64,000 nucleotides of DNA from Candidatus Moraniibacteriota bacterium (GCA_003507445.1 DNVR01000019.1:76395-140394); one strand, 5' to 3'. Shown: positions 28,430 through 39,261, counted from the first letter of the stretch. The notes: generated from the sequence alone by a model not told the origin. Program-made: numbers and translations.

Positions 28430-30154
28430 ATGAAAAATGAAATTCAAAAATTAATAGAAAGTGCCTTAAATGAGGCAAAAAGGGCTAATGATTGGGTTGA
28501 TTTTGAGATGCCTGAAATTCTCGTTGAATATCCAAAAAGTGAACAATTTGGGGATTATACAACAAATGTTGCTATGATTTTAGCAAAAAAAGTTGGGAAA
28601 AATCCGATGGAAATAGCTGAGATTATTAACTTACAACTTACAACTTACAACTTACAACAATTTGAAAAAATAGAGGTGGCTCAGCCGGGATATATTAACT
28701 TTTATCTTTCCAAAAAGTATTTGCAAGAAATCGTTGAAAAAATAAATACTGAAAAAGAAAAATTTGGAAATTCTGATAAAAAAAATGAGAAAGTATTGGT
28801 AGAATTTTCACAACCAAATACTCATAAAGAATTTCATATCGGCCATTTAAGGAATGTGTTTATTGGAGATGCGCTTGTTAAAACGATAAAGAAATCCGGC
28901 AGCGAGGTAGTTGCTGCAAATTATATCGGGGACACCGGGACACATATTGCAAAGTGTTTATGGGGAATTGTTAAATTTCATAATGGGGAAGATTTGGATA
29001 AGATATCAAACAAGGCTGAATTTCTAGGAAAGGTTTACAGTGAAGCTGCACAGGCTATTGAGAATAATCCTGAATTCGAAGAAGAATTTAAAAATGTCCA
29101 AAAAGAATTTGAAAATGGTGATCAGGAATTGGTTCAATTGTGGAGCAAGACAAAAAAATGGTCGTTGGATGAATTTCAAAAGATTTATGAAAAACTCGGA
29201 GTATCTTTTGACGTTTACTTTTGGGAAAGCGAGGAAGAACTGAAAGGCAAGGAAATGCTAAAAGAATTGATGGGGGTATCCTGTATTAAGGAAAGTCAGG
29301 GAGCTATCGTGGCAGATCTTGAAAAATATGACTTAGGAGTTCTAGTGCTGGTCAGAAAGGACGGTAGCGCCTTGTATGGATTGAAAGATATACCTCTGGC
29401 TGTGAAAAAATTCAAAGAATTTTCCATAGATCGTAGCATAGTGGTTGTTGATTTGCGTCAGAGTCTATATTTCAAACAGATATTCAAAATTCTTGAATGC
29501 ATGGGATTTCACAAAGATATGAAACACGTGGGCTACGAGTTTGTATCCCTGAAGGGAAGTGAGACGATGTCGTCCAGGAAAGGAAACATCATACCAGCAA
29601 CATATTTGATTGATGAAACCGTAAAGCGTGTAAAGGAAAAATTTCCCAATACCGATGTTGCTGAAGAAATTGGCATAGGTGCGTTGAAATTTTATATGCT
29701 GAAATATTCCTCACAGTCAAAAATAGAATACGATATTGAAGAGTCTGTAAGATTAGATGGCGCAACCGGACCGTATGTACAATATGCGCATGCGCGTATT
29801 TGCAATATCTTGGAAAAGGCAAAGGGAATAAAAGGATTAATGGGAGAAAAGGGAAAAATGGGCAATGTGGATTTGCAATTATTAATCCATGAGAAGGAAG
29901 TAAGTTTGATAAAAGAGCTTAATAAATTTCCGGAATTGGTTGCTGTGGTTGCTGAGGATTATGAAGTTCACAAGTTTGCCCATTATGCCATCAAATTGGC
30001 TGACAAATTTCACAGTTTTTATGATGCTTGTAAGGTGATTGATGAGGGCAATGAAGAACTGACAATCGCTAGACTTTCTCTGATAAATGCTGTTAGAATA
30101 GTATTAGCAGAAACCCTGGATTTGATAGGGGTGGATGCACCTGAAAAAATGTAG
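28430..30154 (+). CDS. argS: Arginine--tRNA ligase
   Basis: EFSQPNTHKEFHIGHLRN, MSSRKGN, GPYVQYAHAR, C-terminal PEKM. Confidence 0.98.
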   Translation: MKNEIQKLIESALNEAKRANDWVDFEMPEILVEYPKSEQFGDYTTNVAMILAKKVGKNPMEIAEIINLQLTTYNLQQFEKIEVAQPGYINFYLSKKYLQEIVEKINTEKEKFGNSDKKNEKVLVEFSQPNTHKEFHIGHLRNVFIGDALVKTIKKSGSEVVAANYIGDTGTHIAKCLWGIVKFHNGEDLDKISNKAEFLGKVYSEAAQAIENNPEFEEEFKNVQKEFENGDQELVQLWSKTKKWSLDEFQKIYEKLGVSFDVYFWESEEELKGKEMLKELMGVSCIKESQGAIVADLEKYDLGVLVLVRKDGSALYGLKDIPLAVKKFKEFSIDRSIVVVDLRQSLYFKQIFKILECMGFHKDMKHVGYEFVSLKGSETMSSRKGNIIPATYLIDETVKRVKEKFPNTDVAEEIGIGALKFYMLKYSSQSKIEYDIEESVRLDGATGPYVQYAHARICNILEKAKGIKGLMGEKGKMGNVDLQLLIHEKEVSLIKELNKFPELVAVVAEDYEVHKFAHYAIKLADKFHSFYDACKVIDEGNEELTIARLSLINAVRIVLAETLDLIGVDAPEKM

Positions 30155-30156
30155 AA

Positions 30157-30242
30157 ATAACTAATAACAAACAACTAACTACTAACAACAAGGGCTTAAC
30201 AAAGCATTTCTGTTATAAGTTGTAAGTAGTAAGTTGTCAGTT
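30157..30242. repeat. Heptamer array (AACTAAC-like) with inverted arm
   Basis: ataactaataacaaacaactaactactaacaac ... gttataagttgtaagtagtaagttgtcagtt. Confidence 0.75.
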
Positions 30243-30248
30243 AATTAT

Positions 30249-31412
30249 ATGAAAATTGGAATTGACGCTCGCTCGATTTTGAACCCCGAAAAAGGAGATG
30301 CAATTGGTGTTGGTCATTATACTTATCAATTGATTCGTCATCTGCTTAAAATAGACAAAGAAAATGAGTATGTTATTTTCTTTGATTTTCGTGTGCGCGA
30401 AAAAGATGTCAAAAAATTTGCTGGGCCGAATGTGAAAATAAAATTTTATCCCTATTCTGATTATAAAAAATATCTTCCGGGGGCTTATAGTGAAATTTTA
30501 GGAACAGCAACACTGCAAAAAGAAAAACTTGATGTGCTTCATTCCACTTCCGCTCTTAATCGTATTCCTATGGGATATAATGGAAAGACAGTGGTAACTT
30601 TTCATGATATGTCGATGTATAGTATTCCTCAATATTTGTCAGCTGTTAAAAGAACTCGCAACAAAACCATAGCTCGTTTGATGGGTCGCAAAGTAGACAA
30701 GATAATAGCTGTTTCATCTTCAATAAAAAATGATGTTGAAAAATTCATTGGTGTGCCAACAGAAAAAACACAGGTTGTTTATAGCGGTTTGGATCAACGT
30801 TTTTTTGAAGAATCAGAAATATCAGTAGCAAAAGTTTTGGGCAAATATGATATTACAAAAAAATACATTTTATTTTTGGGAACACTTGAACCATCCAAGA
30901 ATATAACACGCTTGCTGGAAGCTTTTGCAAAATTTAAAACACAGCAGAAACAGAAAAATTCTGGCAAGTTTGAATATCAATTAGTGCTAGCTGGAAAACG
31001 TGGTTGGCTTTCTCAAGAATATTTGCAAATCATTAAAGATTTAAGTTTAACAAAAGACGTTGTTTTCACTGGATATGTAATTGGGGATGAATTGGTACCA
31101 CTTTTTCGCAGTGCAGAATTCTTTGTGATGCCGTCATTGTATGAAGGATTTGGAATGACGGTGCTTGAGGCGTTTGCAACCAAAACACCTGCGATTTTGG
31201 CTAATGTTTCTTCTCTTCCTGAAATTGCCGGCGAAGCTGCATATTTTATAAATCCTCTTGATACTGCTGAGTTAGCTGAGGCTATTGGAAAATTTGCAAC
31301 AGATGAAAATTTGCGAGCAAGCTATATTGCAAAAGGACTGGAACAGGCCAAGAAATTTGATTGGGACAAAACTGCTCGCGAAACATTGGAGATTTACAAA
31401 AGTTTAAAATAG
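30249..31412 (+). CDS. Glycosyltransferase family 4
   Basis: MKIGIDAR, LGTLEPSKN, PSLYEGFGMTVLEA. Confidence 0.93.
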   Translation: MKIGIDARSILNPEKGDAIGVGHYTYQLIRHLLKIDKENEYVIFFDFRVREKDVKKFAGPNVKIKFYPYSDYKKYLPGAYSEILGTATLQKEKLDVLHSTSALNRIPMGYNGKTVVTFHDMSMYSIPQYLSAVKRTRNKTIARLMGRKVDKIIAVSSSIKNDVEKFIGVPTEKTQVVYSGLDQRFFEESEISVAKVLGKYDITKKYILFLGTLEPSKNITRLLEAFAKFKTQQKQKNSGKFEYQLVLAGKRGWLSQEYLQIIKDLSLTKDVVFTGYVIGDELVPLFRSAEFFVMPSLYEGFGMTVLEAFATKTPAILANVSSLPEIAGEAAYFINPLDTAELAEAIGKFATDENLRASYIAKGLEQAKKFDWDKTARETLEIYKSLK

Positions 31413-31429
31413 GCATATCATAGAAATAT

Positions 31430-31702
31430 AAAAGCAATGGGGAGGTTATCACCTCGTCGCCCTGGTGAAATATTTACTTTGTAAATTTCACAGGGCAAGC
31501 TGCGAAAAGAAATCCTTTGGGAAAGTAGAATTCGTCGGGTAAGCCCGTTATAGCTGTAAAGAGAGCTTATTAGGCAGTAGCTTCTTAGCTTTTTAGGAAA
31601 TGCATTTTTCTAAGAAGCTAAGAAGCTAAAAAGCTAAGAAGCTAAATTAAGGTGGTACCACGTTGGAAGACGTCCTTATGCATTTATTTGCATGGGGATT
31701 TT
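31430..31702 (+). promoter_or_regulatory. T-box riboswitch (Ile specifier) controlling ileS
   Basis: AAGGTGGTACCACG T-box 31649-31662 pairing with CGTCCTT 31671-31677; terminator hairpin plus T-run; GCCCGTTA F-box; gaaATC specifier 31512-31514. Confidence 0.85.
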
Positions 31703-31724
31703 TATTATTTATTTTAAAAAATAT

Positions 31725-34676
31725 ATGGCATTCAAAAAAGTTGATCCGAAACAATCATTTCCAGAGATGGAAAAAGAAATTTTGAAATTTTGGGCTCAGG
31801 AGAAAATATTTGAAAAATCTTTGGAAATCCGAAAAGATTCACAGGAATATACTTTTTATGATGGGCCGCCTTTTGCAACAGGCACGCCACACTATGGTCA
31901 TTTGGTTGGATCCACAATGAAAGATGTGGTGCCGCGTTATTGGACGATGCGTGGATTTCACGTGGAAAGAAAATGGGGATGGGATTGTCATGGGCTGCCG
32001 ATTGAAAATATCGTGGAAAAAGAATTAGGTTCAAAAGCTAAAAGTGAAATTGAAAAATTGGGCGTGGAAAAATTTAACGAACTTTGTCGTAGTAAAGTTC
32101 TGGAATATGTTGACGTCTGGAAAGTTGTCATCAATCGTTTGGGACGCTGGGCTGATATGGAAAATGCTTACAAGACGATGGATTTGCCGTATATGGAATC
32201 TGTCTGGTGGGTCTTTAAGGAGCTTTGGAATAAGGGTCTTATTTATGAAGGTTATCGTTCGATGCACGTTTGTCCTCGCTGCGAGACTACACTTTCTCAG
32301 CAAGAGGTTAGTGAAGGATATATTGATGTGAAAGATTTATCAGTTATTGCGAAATTCGAACTTATTGACCCCGTAAAATCCTCGCAAGACTCGGATCACG
32401 GGGCAGGTGAACCGAAGACTTTCATTTTGGCCTGGACAACAACTCCTTGGACTTTGATTGGTAATGTGGCGCTAGCTGTTAATCCAGAAATGGAATATGT
32501 CTATGTGGAAACAATAAACTCGGAAAAAGATGGAACATTTTCGGAAGAAGTTTTTATTGTGGCTAAAGATAGAGTGGGTGATTTATTTAAAGATAAAAAA
32601 ATTGAAATCGTGCGTGAAGTTTTAGGTTCACAATTGGTTGGCAAAAAATATAAACCAGTTTTTGATTATTACGCTACGTTTGATATTGAAAATTTTGAGA
32701 ATGGTTGGAAAGTTGTGGGCGCAGATTTTGTGGGAGCTGAAGACGGAACAGGCGTTGTGCATATTGCTCCGGCCTTCGGAGAGGACGATTTAAATTTGGG
32801 CAAAGAAAAGAATTTGCCGTTTGTGCAGCACGTTGGAATGGATGGAATCATAAAAAGCCAAGCTGGCGAATTTGCTGGACTGCATATAAAACCAACTGAT
32901 GATCGCACTGCAACTGACGTGGAAATTATAAAATATCTGGCTAAAAGCGGAACTCTTTTTGCCAAAGAAAAATATGAGCATAGTTATCCTCATTGTTGGA
33001 GATGTGACACTCCACTAATGAATTATGCAACCAGCTCTTGGTTTGTGAAAGTTGCTGATATAAAATCAGATGCAATTGATTTGGCCAAAGAAATTCGTTG
33101 GTCTCCTGAACATATTAAGGAGGGACGTTTTGGAAAGTGGCTGGAAGGTGCACGCGATTGGTCAATTTCACGTCAGCGTTTTTGGGCTTCTGTTATACCA
33201 ATTTGGAAATGTGAGTGCGGAGAAATGAAGGTGTTTGGATCCGTGATGGAGCTCGAGGCTGCTAGTGGAGAAAAAATAACAGACCTGCATAAACACATTG
33301 TCGATAAAATTGTGCTTAAATGTGATTCTTGCGGCAAGGATATGCATCGAGTGCCAGATGTCTTGGACACTTGGTTCGATTCTGGTTCAATGCCATATGC
33401 GCAACAACATTATCCTTTTGAAAATGCTGAGCAATTTGAAAAGAATTTTCCAGCTGAATTCATTGCGGAAGGTGTGGATCAAACACGCGCTTGGTTTTAT
33501 TATTTGCATATTATTGCAAGTGCAATTAAAAAAGCTCCTGCTTATAAAAATGTAATTGTGAACGGAACAGTTTTGGCAGAGGATGGAAAGAAAATGAGTA
33601 AGCGTCTTTCGAATTATCCTGATCCAATGGAAATGTTTGAAAAATATGGTGCAGATTCAGTTAGATTTTATTTGATGAGCTCACCAGTGGTGGCTGCACA
33701 AAATTTGAATTTTTCAGAAAAAGATGTGGCAGAAATTGTGCGTGGAATGATGCGAATGTTTTGGAATTCGTATTCCTTTTTTGTGCTGTATGCAAATATT
33801 GATAAATGGGAACATAAAGACCAATTCACACATTCAACTGCAACGAATTTATTGGATCGTTGGATTCTTTCTGAGCTTAACACTTTGGTAATTTCAGTGC
33901 ATAGCGGAATGGAAAACTATGAATTGCATCGAGCTGCTCGAGCATTTCCAAAATTTATTGATGATATGTCCAACTGGTATGTTCGAAGATCGCGCAAGCG
34001 TTTTTGGAAAAGTGAAAATGATGGCGACAAAAGCCAGGCATATGCAACACTTCATCACGTGCTTGTGACACTGACTAAAATGATGGCACCGTTTTCACCT
34101 TTTATCGCTGAAGAAATTTATAAAAATCTTACTGGCAAGGAGTCTGTGCATTTGGCTGATTTGCCGACAGGGGATTATCATCACGTCGATGAGCTTTTGA
34201 ATGATCAAATGCACAAAGTTCGTGAGATTGTGACTCAAGGTTTGCAACTTCGCTCTCAAGCTAAAATCAAAGTTCGTCAACCGCTGGCTAAATTTTCAAT
34301 TTTCGATTTTCAATTTCCGAATGAATTGGTTGAGATAATCAAGGATGAATTGAATGTGAGAGAAATTATTATGGATCGGGAAGATAAAAATGAAATGATT
34401 TTGGATACAGAAATCACAGAAGATCTTGCGCAAGAAGGTGTGGCACGTGAGATTGTGCGGCACATTCAAGAGATGCGTAAAGAAGCAGGCTATGATGTTG
34501 ACAATCGCATTAAAGTGTGCTATAATGGAAAATCAGAGGAATTTGAGAAGTTTAATGCTCTGATTGCCAAAGAAACCCTTGCTGACGCCATTACTGAAGG
34601 TGTTTGCCAAGACGCTGATTTGACCAAGGAACTTAAATTAGACGAAAAAGTGCTAGTAATTTCTATTAAAAGATGA
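31725..34676 (+). CDS. ileS: Isoleucine--tRNA ligase, type 2 (eukaryote/archaea-like)
   Basis: DGPPFATGTPHYGH, GWDCHGLP, AWTTTPWTL, KMSKR. Confidence 0.98.
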   Translation: MAFKKVDPKQSFPEMEKEILKFWAQEKIFEKSLEIRKDSQEYTFYDGPPFATGTPHYGHLVGSTMKDVVPRYWTMRGFHVERKWGWDCHGLPIENIVEKELGSKAKSEIEKLGVEKFNELCRSKVLEYVDVWKVVINRLGRWADMENAYKTMDLPYMESVWWVFKELWNKGLIYEGYRSMHVCPRCETTLSQQEVSEGYIDVKDLSVIAKFELIDPVKSSQDSDHGAGEPKTFILAWTTTPWTLIGNVALAVNPEMEYVYVETINSEKDGTFSEEVFIVAKDRVGDLFKDKKIEIVREVLGSQLVGKKYKPVFDYYATFDIENFENGWKVVGADFVGAEDGTGVVHIAPAFGEDDLNLGKEKNLPFVQHVGMDGIIKSQAGEFAGLHIKPTDDRTATDVEIIKYLAKSGTLFAKEKYEHSYPHCWRCDTPLMNYATSSWFVKVADIKSDAIDLAKEIRWSPEHIKEGRFGKWLEGARDWSISRQRFWASVIPIWKCECGEMKVFGSVMELEAASGEKITDLHKHIVDKIVLKCDSCGKDMHRVPDVLDTWFDSGSMPYAQQHYPFENAEQFEKNFPAEFIAEGVDQTRAWFYYLHIIASAIKKAPAYKNVIVNGTVLAEDGKKMSKRLSNYPDPMEMFEKYGADSVRFYLMSSPVVAAQNLNFSEKDVAEIVRGMMRMFWNSYSFFVLYANIDKWEHKDQFTHSTATNLLDRWILSELNTLVISVHSGMENYELHRAARAFPKFIDDMSNWYVRRSRKRFWKSENDGDKSQAYATLHHVLVTLTKMMAPFSPFIAEEIYKNLTGKESVHLADLPTGDYHHVDELLNDQMHKVREIVTQGLQLRSQAKIKVRQPLAKFSIFDFQFPNELVEIIKDELNVREIIMDREDKNEMILDTEITEDLAQEGVAREIVRHIQEMRKEAGYDVDNRIKVCYNGKSEEFEKFNALIAKETLADAITEGVCQDADLTKELKLDEKVLVISIKR
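32370..32408. mobile_element. 39-bp CCCGT..ACGGGGCAGG element in frame in ileS
   Basis: KFELID-[PVKSSQDSDHGAG]-EPKT; ends match the 8101-8144 and 39983-40030 elements. Confidence 0.75.
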
Positions 34677-34709
34677 TATAATTTTTCTATAGAGTTAGTT
34701 CTTTTTATA

Positions 34710-35015
34710 GTGGTTTTGTTAATGGTGACTGTTTTTTTTCAAACCAATCCTGAGGAAATCAGGAGAAAGGAGATTGTCGTGGAGAGCGCACCGTACACAC
34801 CATATTATGATGCAGGGGATGAGCCGATAAATATTTTCCTCAACGCTGAGGGTAAAGAAGAAATTCAGCCCGAAAACGTTGAGAGATCATATGCTCTAAG
34901 TCAAGAATTCGAAAATCCAACCCCTTGGTTTGAAGGAAAAGAAAGACGAGGTATAGCTATTGTGCTTTTTTTAGTAGTTGTATTTTTAATTGTCTTTTTT
35001 TCTTTTCGAGTTTAA
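34710..35015 (+). CDS. Hypothetical protein with C-terminal TM helix
   Basis: ORF between ileS and recO ending in a hydrophobic helix; start uncertain. Confidence 0.5.
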   Translation: MVLLMVTVFFQTNPEEIRRKEIVVESAPYTPYYDAGDEPINIFLNAEGKEEIQPENVERSYALSQEFENPTPWFEGKERRGIAIVLFLVVVFLIVFFSFRV

Positions 35016-35019
35016 ATTT

Positions 35020-35052
35020 AGGTCACACAGGCAATTGCTTGTGTGACCTTTT
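35020..35052 (+). terminator. Intrinsic terminator
   Basis: aggtcacacaggc-aatt-gcttgtgtgacct followed by Ts. Confidence 0.75.
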
Positions 35053-35082
35053 ATTTTCTTTAAAACTCCGTATAATTCATAT

Positions 35083-35802
35083 ATGGAATACAAATATACC
35101 GGGATTATCTTGAATAAGAGGAATGTGGGAGAAACGGATAGGATTTATACAATCTATACTCTTGAAGGTGGAAAAGTTCGTTCGCTTGCCAAGGGTGTGC
35201 GCAAATCGCATGCTAAATTGGCGGCTTCACTTGAAAACATTACTTTGGCTGACATTACGATTGTTAGAACTCGTGGACTTGGAAAAATTACCGGTTCGAT
35301 TGTTGAAAATAATTTCAGTTCACTTAAGCGAGATTGCGATGCACTTTTGGAAACTTTTGCCGGACTGAGTATTTTTGAGAAGCTGGTTGATTTTGAAAGT
35401 CCTGACAAAAAAGTTTTCTTATTGCTTAAGGAATATTTGGAAGCAGTTAATGAATGTTCATTAAATGAAAACATAGAAAAACATATCATAATAAGATTGG
35501 GGTTTATTGTAAAACTTTTGGATGCGCTGGGGTATACTATTGAAGTGGACAACTGTGTTTCTTGCGGAAAAAAATTAGCGCAAGATTTTCTTTGTTTCAG
35601 TTCTCAGCAAGGTGGCGCAATATGTCAGCATTGCGCCAGTGGCAATGACAGTTGTGTTTTGTCTGTGCGTACAAACACCATAAAAATGCTCAGATTATTT
35701 TTGAAAAACAAAATTCAATCTTTAACCAAAATTAAAGCTACGCAAGATGATTGTGACGGTGTGCGTTTGGTTGTCGATGATTTTTTAAGATGGACACTTT
35801 AG
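35083..35802 (+). CDS. recO: DNA repair protein RecO
   Basis: GIILNKRNVGETDRIYTIYT..AKGVRK; CVSC..CQHC zinc finger. Confidence 0.95.
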   Translation: MEYKYTGIILNKRNVGETDRIYTIYTLEGGKVRSLAKGVRKSHAKLAASLENITLADITIVRTRGLGKITGSIVENNFSSLKRDCDALLETFAGLSIFEKLVDFESPDKKVFLLLKEYLEAVNECSLNENIEKHIIIRLGFIVKLLDALGYTIEVDNCVSCGKKLAQDFLCFSSQQGGAICQHCASGNDSCVLSVRTNTIKMLRLFLKNKIQSLTKIKATQDDCDGVRLVVDDFLRWTL

Positions 35803-35876
35803 GATTGCAAAGTATTTTTTTGAATAAATAATAGCTATATGTAAATATTGAATTTTGTAATGTTTATTAAGTTATC

Positions 35877-35995
35877 AAATTTCCAATTTCAAATTTCCAA
35901 TTTCCAATAAAATCATAATGACTAAATTTTAAATGACCAAACTTGAGTTCATAATTGAAAATTTAATGAGAATTGAGAACTGAAAATTGAAAATT
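35877..35995. repeat. Heptamer array (AATTTCC) with inverted arm (TGAAAAT)
   Basis: aatttccaatttcaaatttccaatttccaataaaatc ... gagaattgagaactgaaaattgaaaatt. Confidence 0.85.
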
Positions 35996-36073
35996 ATGGA
36001 CACTATCATTTCAGCAATGTTCCATTTTGTGGTACAATAGTATTAAATATAAAACTAATATAGAAACAAAAGT

Positions 36074-37984
36074 ATGCCGCTTAATGATCTTAATAGGGAG
36101 TTGTATAATCCAAATTCCGAGGATTTGGTTAATAGAAATCATGAACAAAGTGGTTATGACCCAAGTGCGAGCGTTGGTCAGCGCTTGAGTCCTTTTGAGC
36201 AGGAGCAGCAATGGAGCCAGCCGCAAAAGGGTCTTTCTCCTTCGCAAAAAAAGAAACTCTGGATAGGGGCGTCTATTTTTGCATTGATTTTACTTATAAT
36301 CGGAGGCATCTTTTTTTATCGATGGTGGACCAAAAATGCTTTTCATCAAGATCGCGTGAGTATTTCTTTTGAAGGTCCGACGGAAACTGACAGCACTCAA
36401 ATAACAAAATATATCATTCACTACACCAACAATAATCGCGCTACACTTAAGAACGCTGAAATTCAGCTTAGTTATCCTGAAAATTTTCAACCCACTGATA
36501 ATCTCAATTTGAAATATGTGAGTCCTTCTGCTAGCAAGATATTTATTGGCGACATCAAACCAAATGTTAGTGGGCAAGTTGAATTGAAGGGAATTTTTTA
36601 TGCACCCAAGGATTTTCCGGTGTATTTGCGCGGCGAGATTCATTTTGTTCCTTCAAATGGAACTGCTGAACTTTCAATGAGCAATCAAATAGGTGTGAAT
36701 ATTACTGCGGCACCAGTGTTTCTGGGTGTTGCTGCACCTCAGCAGGCAGTCGATGGAGATGGTTTGGAATATGTTATCGATTATAAAAATCTTGATGTTA
36801 GAAGAATCGGCGATGTGCAAATTCGTGTTACATTCCCACAAGGTTTTGAAATGGGCAGTTCTCAGCCAGCATCATCTGAAAAAAATTCTTATTGGTATAT
36901 TGGAAATTTGGAACCAAATCAAGGAGGAAAGATAACTATTCAAGGAAAAATCAAAGGAAACACCAACGAGGCAAAAGGTATCATTGTTTCACTTGGGCAT
37001 ATGGGTAATGAGAATGAGTTCATTGTTTATAATAAACAGGAATTAACAACTCGTATTGTTTCCCCGGTTTTGTCTTTGGTGCAAACATTGGATGGAAAAA
37101 GTGGCAATGTTGTTGTGGCAGGGGAACTTCTTAAATATGTAGTAACATATCAAAACACTGGCGACATTGGCTTGAGAGATGCAATTGTGACTGCAGAAAT
37201 AAAGGGAAGTGCGCTGGATTTTTCCAAAATAAATATAGAGAAAGGATCGTATGATAGTGCAAAAAATCTTATAATCTGGAAAGCTTCGGACGTGCCTGAA
37301 TTGGCAAACATTAATCCAAAAGCCAAGGGATCTGTGTATTTCACAATACCAGTAAAAGCGGTTATCCCAGTTGAAAATAAATTGGATAAAAACTTTGTCA
37401 TTTCTTCGCTTGCGAAAATTGATAGTCCTGACATTCCAACACCTATAGACTCAAATAAAATCATCGGAAGCAATAAGCTTGAATTGAAAGTTGCTTCAAA
37501 AGTAATTTTTGAAACTAATGGCTATTATTCTGATGCTAAAATAAAAAACTCCGGACCAATTCCGCTTGAAACCGGAAAAGAAACAACTTTCACAATTCAT
37601 TGGCAAATCATCAATGTTTCTAATGATATTTCTGATGCTAAAGTTGTTTCTGCTTTGCCATCTGGTGTGCGCTGGGTGGAGCAAGTTTTTCCTCCGAATG
37701 AAAAAATTTCGTATAATGCTAGAACCAATCAGCTTGTTTGGGAGGCTGGAAAAATCTTGGCAGGAACTGGAGTTCTTGGTTTGCCGCGAGAAGTTGCATT
37801 TCAGGTTGGCGTGACACCTCAGACCAGTCAAATTGGCAATGCGCTAGACTTGCTTAAGGAATCTGTTTTCACTGCGAAAGATGACTTTGTCGAACAGGAA
37901 GTAACACTTAAAGGCAATATGAAAAATACAATATTGCCAGAAGACAAAACTGTAGGTTTTATGAATGGGAAAGTGATTAAGTAA
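36074..37984 (+). CDS. Membrane-anchored protein with repeated Ig-like (DUF11-like) domains
   Basis: TM helix; repeated Y.I.Y.N..L.....I...LP patterns. Confidence 0.75.
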   Translation: MPLNDLNRELYNPNSEDLVNRNHEQSGYDPSASVGQRLSPFEQEQQWSQPQKGLSPSQKKKLWIGASIFALILLIIGGIFFYRWWTKNAFHQDRVSISFEGPTETDSTQITKYIIHYTNNNRATLKNAEIQLSYPENFQPTDNLNLKYVSPSASKIFIGDIKPNVSGQVELKGIFYAPKDFPVYLRGEIHFVPSNGTAELSMSNQIGVNITAAPVFLGVAAPQQAVDGDGLEYVIDYKNLDVRRIGDVQIRVTFPQGFEMGSSQPASSEKNSYWYIGNLEPNQGGKITIQGKIKGNTNEAKGIIVSLGHMGNENEFIVYNKQELTTRIVSPVLSLVQTLDGKSGNVVVAGELLKYVVTYQNTGDIGLRDAIVTAEIKGSALDFSKINIEKGSYDSAKNLIIWKASDVPELANINPKAKGSVYFTIPVKAVIPVENKLDKNFVISSLAKIDSPDIPTPIDSNKIIGSNKLELKVASKVIFETNGYYSDAKIKNSGPIPLETGKETTFTIHWQIINVSNDISDAKVVSALPSGVRWVEQVFPPNEKISYNARTNQLVWEAGKILAGTGVLGLPREVAFQVGVTPQTSQIGNALDLLKESVFTAKDDFVEQEVTLKGNMKNTILPEDKTVGFMNGKVIK

Positions 37985-38064
37985 TATACAACATATAAAA
38001 TACAAAATGCAACAAAAAAGAGAAGGTATGTCTTTACATTACTTCTCTTTTTTGATAGAGTGAT

Positions 38065-39261
38065 GTGATGTTTGAATTATTATCACAAAAAAATAATAGA
38101 CGTATTGGAAAACTGCACACTAAAAGCGGAGTTATTGAAACACCGTTTTTTATGCCGATTGCAACCAAAGGTGCAGTAAAAAATGTTTCGCCCGAGGATT
38201 TGATTGCTATTGGGGCGCAGATTGTGCTTGGAAACACTTATCATCTTTGGCTTAGGCCGGGAGATGAGCTTATTGCTAAGGCTGGTGGACTTCATAGATT
38301 TATGAATTGGGATGGCCCTATTTTGACAGACTCGGGAGGATATCAAGTTTTTTCTTTGGGTGCGCGCGCCAAGGAAAAATATGGATCAAGTGGAGTTTCA
38401 CTTGATGAAAAAGGCGTTAGTTTTGTTGATCCAACCAATGGTAGTAAACACTTTATGTCGCCAGAAAAATCCATTGATATTCAACTTAATCTTGGTAGTG
38501 ATATTGTTATGGTGCTGGATGAATGCCCACCCTTTCCTTGTTCTCACGAGGATGCAAAAAAATCTTTGGAGCTTACAACAAGGTGGGCAGCTCGTTGTTT
38601 CAAGCATTTTCATAAAAAGGTCGCTGAAAATTCGGAAAAATATGCAAAGGGCAGACCGCTTTTGTTCTGTATAGTGCAGGGAAGTATATATGAAGACTTG
38701 AGGAAAGAGAGCGTGCATCAATTGATGAATATTGAATTTTCCGCTTTGGGCGGACCAGTCTCAGGTTGGGATGGATATGCCATCGGGGGTGTGGCAGTAG
38801 GAGAGCCTAGAAAACATCTTTATGATATTTTGCAGTGGGTGGTTCCATTTTTGCCAACTGACAAACCTCGCTATTTGATGGGCCTGGGTAAACCAGAAGA
38901 ATTGGTGGCTGCAGTAGAAGCGGGAATGGATATGTTTGATTGCGTTATTCCTACACGCGAAGGAAGACATGGGCGCCTCTTCCAGTGGAAGAGAATTTCC
39001 AATTTCCAATTTCCAATTTCCAATGACAAGGAATGCGTTGATTTGCAAGGTGATTTTTATGAAACTATAAACATCAATAATGAACAATTCAAGGAAGATT
39101 TTACCCCTATAGATTCGCAGTGTGATTGTTATGCTTGTAAAAACTTCACTAAGGCTTATCTTAATCACTTGCTTAGGACTGATGAGCCATTCTTTTTGAA
39201 ACTTGCTTCGGTGCATAACCTGAGATTTTATCATAGACTAATGGAACTTCTTCGTAAATAA
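38065..39261 (+). CDS. tgt: tRNA-guanine transglycosylase
   Basis: NTYHLWLRPG, TDSGGYQVFS, DCVIPTR and CDCYAC zinc site. Confidence 0.97.
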   Translation: MMFELLSQKNNRRIGKLHTKSGVIETPFFMPIATKGAVKNVSPEDLIAIGAQIVLGNTYHLWLRPGDELIAKAGGLHRFMNWDGPILTDSGGYQVFSLGARAKEKYGSSGVSLDEKGVSFVDPTNGSKHFMSPEKSIDIQLNLGSDIVMVLDECPPFPCSHEDAKKSLELTTRWAARCFKHFHKKVAENSEKYAKGRPLLFCIVQGSIYEDLRKESVHQLMNIEFSALGGPVSGWDGYAIGGVAVGEPRKHLYDILQWVVPFLPTDKPRYLMGLGKPEELVAAVEAGMDMFDCVIPTREGRHGRLFQWKRISNFQFPISNDKECVDLQGDFYETININNEQFKEDFTPIDSQCDCYACKNFTKAYLNHLLRTDEPFFLKLASVHNLRFYHRLMELLRK

